The notes below the pieces were generated by a model. The model had not been told where the DNA came from. It searched no databases and saw only the letters and a program-made list of their open reading frames with translations. Positions 60,001-64,000 of a stretch of DNA of 64,000 bases are shown piece by piece (within the stretch, counting starts at the first letter, position 1; each line of letters opens with the position of its first letter). Source of the DNA: Takakia lepidozioides (Eukaryota; Plantae; Bryophyta); the NCBI GenBank assembly GCA_030704615.1, contig CM060731.1, positions 46,376,001 to 46,440,000 on the forward strand. The letters are read 5' to 3'. The position numbers and the translations under genes are program-made.

Positions 60001-62887
60001 AGAGGGTGGGTAGCATGTGCGCAGGCTCACGCCTCTGTGCGTCTGCTCCCGTGAGCAGAAGAAGGTATGCCAAATATTCCAAGAATATTTTTGGATAATG
60101 CTTTAGCGAAACTAAAACGTGAAATTTGCACAAGTCTGCTCACGTAAGCACAAAACCACGCGAAGTTAGGGCATAGGGAATTCCCCGTCAGTGCCATTTC
60201 CATCAACAATTTTCGTTGATTAATAGTTGCATATTTAATCATGTGCAGTTGATGTTCAGAGCAATCACTAGTATGCGAAACTATACACAATTCATTTTGT
60301 TCCGCCCACGAAAGCATGAATACTGACCTACCGCAATACAACTCATTCTGTTTCGCCCACGAAACCGTTTGATAATAACCTACGCAACGATATTTTGAAA
60401 TTTCGTTGACGAAACTCGATAGCTTGATTTATTTCGCTAGCAAAACCTGATACCTTGATTTATTTCGTTGGCGAAATCCGTTGTATGCCTCATTATATTA
60501 AATTGTTCAATTATTGTTTGGTATTTGTGTGTTTTGGATGGTGTTGGTTATTGTGACTTTGATTTTCCCTAATGTGTTAATTTTTTGTAGGATACAAAAG
60601 CTGTAAATATTTGGAACTTGGAGCTTGCAGATATACAGGGTTATTTGGAACTTGGAGCTTGCAGATATACATTAGGGGTGCATATTTCACATTAGGGTTT
60701 AGGGACAGAAATAGACACATAAACTTGTATTTCGCGTGTACGAACCCTATTCCCGTGTATTCTATTTCCGTGGAAACATGGGTACCCTATTGCGGCTTGT
60801 CATATTTTGTGCTCATGACTCCATTTTCCTGTCCTCACGTGAGCCGTGTTGAGAGGTGTGCTCACATTCTATCAACCCCCAATGGTAGATGTTGCTTGAG
60901 TGGTTTTGGAAGTCTCTACGCCATCCGCTAGATTGAGAAATTTGACATCTATTGAGATTGTGAAAAACTAGAATGTGAGCCTTGTAGCATCGAATTGAAT
61001 GATTCAAATAGTGTGCGATCTGGCAAAAGGGATGCAGCCCTCACCGTTCACCAGACGCCTTTTATTCCAATGCGATGCCAACGATATGTTAGAATTTGAC
61101 ATGCTTTTTTTACTTCATATAATAAAATGTCAACATTGTAATAAAGTGACAAAATTCAGTTATATGCATTGGCTCAATAAAATGGGCAACTAGTGTTGCA
61201 ATAAGACATTAAAAGTGTCTCGTAATAAGGTGACAAAAATTTACACCATCATCAAAATCTGAATATAAAGAAATTATATCAATCACCACGCTAGGAATGA
61301 ATGGGTAACTGTAATAGGCAGTCGAGAATCTAGAATATACTGAAAATGGCTATTTATTAGGGAAGGTATGATCTTTGACTGATAGGTATTAATTTGGGAA
61401 GGTACATTAGGAGAAAACTCTCTCCTTTAGGGTGGAGCCAATAGAAATATATAATATAAATTTGCCCGGACATTCAAGTCGAAATGAAAACGAAGTGGTG
61501 ATCGGATGTGTAAAATGCCATTAAGGTATTTGCCATCAGATTCGAACCGATAACCCATAGGTTAAGAGTGTCTTTGTCTACCATTTCCCATGAAAGTGCA
61601 TTTATTTCTACCCTCAGGATTCATATAGTCACCTTCCATTCCATAACCACTAGTAGTGGACCCACTCTAAAACCACACTTGGCGCATATGGACAAAGTTG
61701 TATGAGAAGAACATCTACGTCCCCTTTACAAGACCTCCCTTGGCTCCCTTTCATTTCTTGAAAAAGAAAAAGAAAAATCATAATAATTCTTCATAGCCCA
61801 TGCTCTTTAAGACAAGCTATCGACTGGTTTAGCTAATCTTTGCTTGGATTAATGAGAAAGCATCTGGACATTTTCTCGCCCTTCCTACAAAGACTGGTCA
61901 GTTCATGCCTCTCATAAAAGAGTCTCTCTAAATATCGAGACCTAGTTTCATTCATCATATGTAAACACTCATAAGAAGAGAGGAAAAAGACTCTAGCCAA
62001 AGCCGACGTAACTATAAACACTTGTAACATTATGCACTGATGTATCTTTATAAATTTCCATCCCGATGGTTGCATCCATGTCTTCTTCATCACTCATTGT
62101 ACAATAGGATCAAATTGGTTTTGGTAGTCTCTCCTACAACAAAAGACTGAGCCAAGGAACGGTCAAGGAATAGAAGAAAGAAAGACAACTATAGAGTGAC
62201 AGTTTAGCAAATAAAAGAGAAAAATAAATGGTGGTGGACAAAGTAAGTATCTTTCAACAGATCTTTGATGCAGACTTGACTCCTTCTTGATGACCAAAAG
62301 TAGGAAAATTGGAGGAGCATCGGCACGTAACAATATGCCGATGCACTTGCATTGACGCAAAACAGCTTTACCAAAACCAGCTTGGTCCGAACAGATTCTT
62401 CTTAACAGAACAAAACTTATGTTACAAAAGCTGATCTAACTAAGAGCCACCTCACCTTTCGGATTCTCCCACTTTTGGAGGTGGGCAGTAGTATAATAAG
62501 TTCCACACGGAGGCAAAAGAGAGAGAGTAAATTTTGTGTTGAAGCAACATTGCGAAATTATGTTTCAGCAAGCAGACTGGGTAGATCACTTGGATGCGGC
62601 AAAGTTTTATTATAATAACATAGAACACTCCACAAGGGGCCAAAGTGGGTGGGGATTCACCCCCTTCAACCAAGTGGTCTATGGGACAATAGAGTAACTT
62701 CCATATAATAATACCCTTTCACCATACATGAAATCATCTTCACAGGGTAACTTGGGTACTCTGTTTCAGCTCTGGTAGAGAAGTATGGATTGTGAAGGTA
62801 GGGTGGTATGGTGTGTTAGTTTCCTCAAGAGAAGGGGAAAGGAGGGGCTGCAGTGTTCTGCCAAGGAATTATGTGGTGAAGAGGTGA

Positions 62888-63724
62888 TCATGAGGCAGGC
62901 TCACCCACGTAACGAACTGAGCCTCCTGCAAAGTCTGTCATCCTGTTTGCAGCTGGGCCGGTGGCCTTTCGATCAGCAATGACCACGGAGCGCATTTCAC
63001 AGTTAGTATAGCCTTCATACATCTCTTTCCTTACGACGAGAGAGCAATCTTCCCCAAAGAGGCGAAGCATGTGCCAGATGAAGCTGCTGTGTGTGACTAC
63101 AGCGATTCGTTTTTCCTCGCGGTTCAACAGCCATTGAACGAAAATTCTACAGCGTGCGTTTAATTCGTCATCAGTCTCTCTGTGATCTGCTTGCCACCAT
63201 GTGTCCTCGTCTGTGTGCACTTCGGAGAAGTCAATGGCGGGGAACAAGGTCCTGTAAACACTAATGGGCTGTCGTTTGTCACAGGGGTGTAGTCCAATGT
63301 GCTCTCTGCACCACTCTACTGCAATGAAAGGGGGAGCTCCACTACTGGAAATCGCAGGATGCTGAGTTACCCCTACCCCATCGGCCATCAGAGCATGAGA
63401 AAGGGGCTCTCCGTCCATCATCTGTCCGCCCCCAAATGCTCCCACCGCTGTCTGCATTGTTCGAGTCAACGGGGATACGACAACCAACTGGGGAGTAACA
63501 TGCATCCTAGTATTGTGCTCGCGCAAAGATAGTGCTTGCTCCCATCCGAGGGTGGTTAGGCTAGCATCAAAAAACTCAGGGGACTCGTATGCACTTTTGT
63601 CCCGCTCCCCTGCTACGTTGTGGTGCCCCTCACCATGCCTTACTATATGGACAACCTTGCAACGATGCATGGGATATACAGAAGGTTGCATAACGCAAGC
63701 GGAAGGTTCGAGATTTTCTGCCAT
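62888..63724 (-). CDS. Phosphoglycerate mutase-like histidine phosphatase, intronless, 278 aa
   Basis: YPMHRCKVVHIVRHGEGHHNV, DASLTTLGWEQ, VVSPLTRTMQTA, CREHIGLHPCDKR, IAVVTHS, NCEMRS. Likely start MAENLEP at 63724. Confidence 0.93.
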   Translation of the reverse strand: MAENLEPSACVMQPSVYPMHRCKVVHIVRHGEGHHNVAGERDKSAYESPEFFDASLTTLGWEQALSLREHNTRMHVTPQLVVVSPLTRTMQTAVGAFGGGQMMDGEPLSHALMADGVGVTQHPAISSSGAPPFIAVEWCREHIGLHPCDKRQPISVYRTLFPAIDFSEVHTDEDTWWQADHRETDDELNARCRIFVQWLLNREEKRIAVVTHSSFIWHMLRLFGEDCSLVVRKEMYEGYTNCEMRSVVIADRKATGPAANRMTDFAGGSVRYVGEPAS

Positions 63725-64000
63725 TTTCACTCGATTCCTCTTCCAGGAAAGTCCGGTTTCCCTGGGAGGCTGTGAAAGTGCCCTAGTGCCCAATACTAGG
63801 AACTGCAATATTTTACGTATGAACGCTTCTGAGAGAACATGCAATGATCGAAGACAAGACGGTCACAGAAAGAAACGGATCATCATATTAACATGAGAGA
63901 TGTGGCCTTCACACAACCTGATGACTGTTCAAGATCCCTCCCTGTCTCTCAACTCTGGAGTATAAAGCCCCCATATGAATTAAACGCAAACTTGAAACCA

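Noticed and set aside
57000-61800. AT-rich region as a Helitron
   Set aside because: No Pif1 helicase motifs and no convincing CTRR 3' end with hairpin. The HUH relic fits a Replitron better.

Overview
Eukaryotic nuclear DNA, most likely from a non-seed land plant with flagellated sperm. This is inferred from an OFD1-like centriolar gene, PLS-type PPR/DYW editing-factor sequences and a Galadriel-like chromovirus. Apparently intact genes: a 5-exon cyclophilin (CYP18-1/PPIL3 type), an intronless dirigent-domain gene with a plastid-transit-peptide-like N-terminus, a ~17 kb multi-exon OFD1-like gene and an intronless phosphoglycerate-mutase-like gene. The first 13 kb is a decayed mosaic in which exons encoding OSB-type PDF (ssDNA-binding) motifs are interleaved with PLS-PPR/E/DYW sequence. 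The PPR is split by a 6.16 kb non-autonomous Pack-type CACTA element (TSD ATA) carrying more PDF exons. The right half holds a decayed Crinkler-like gene (header + P-loop + nuclease), a piggyBac element with an extra ORF that contains two nested, oppositely oriented Galadriel-like LTR elements, and a decayed Replitron-like HUH transposase. All calls come from reading the sequence by eye; no searches were run.
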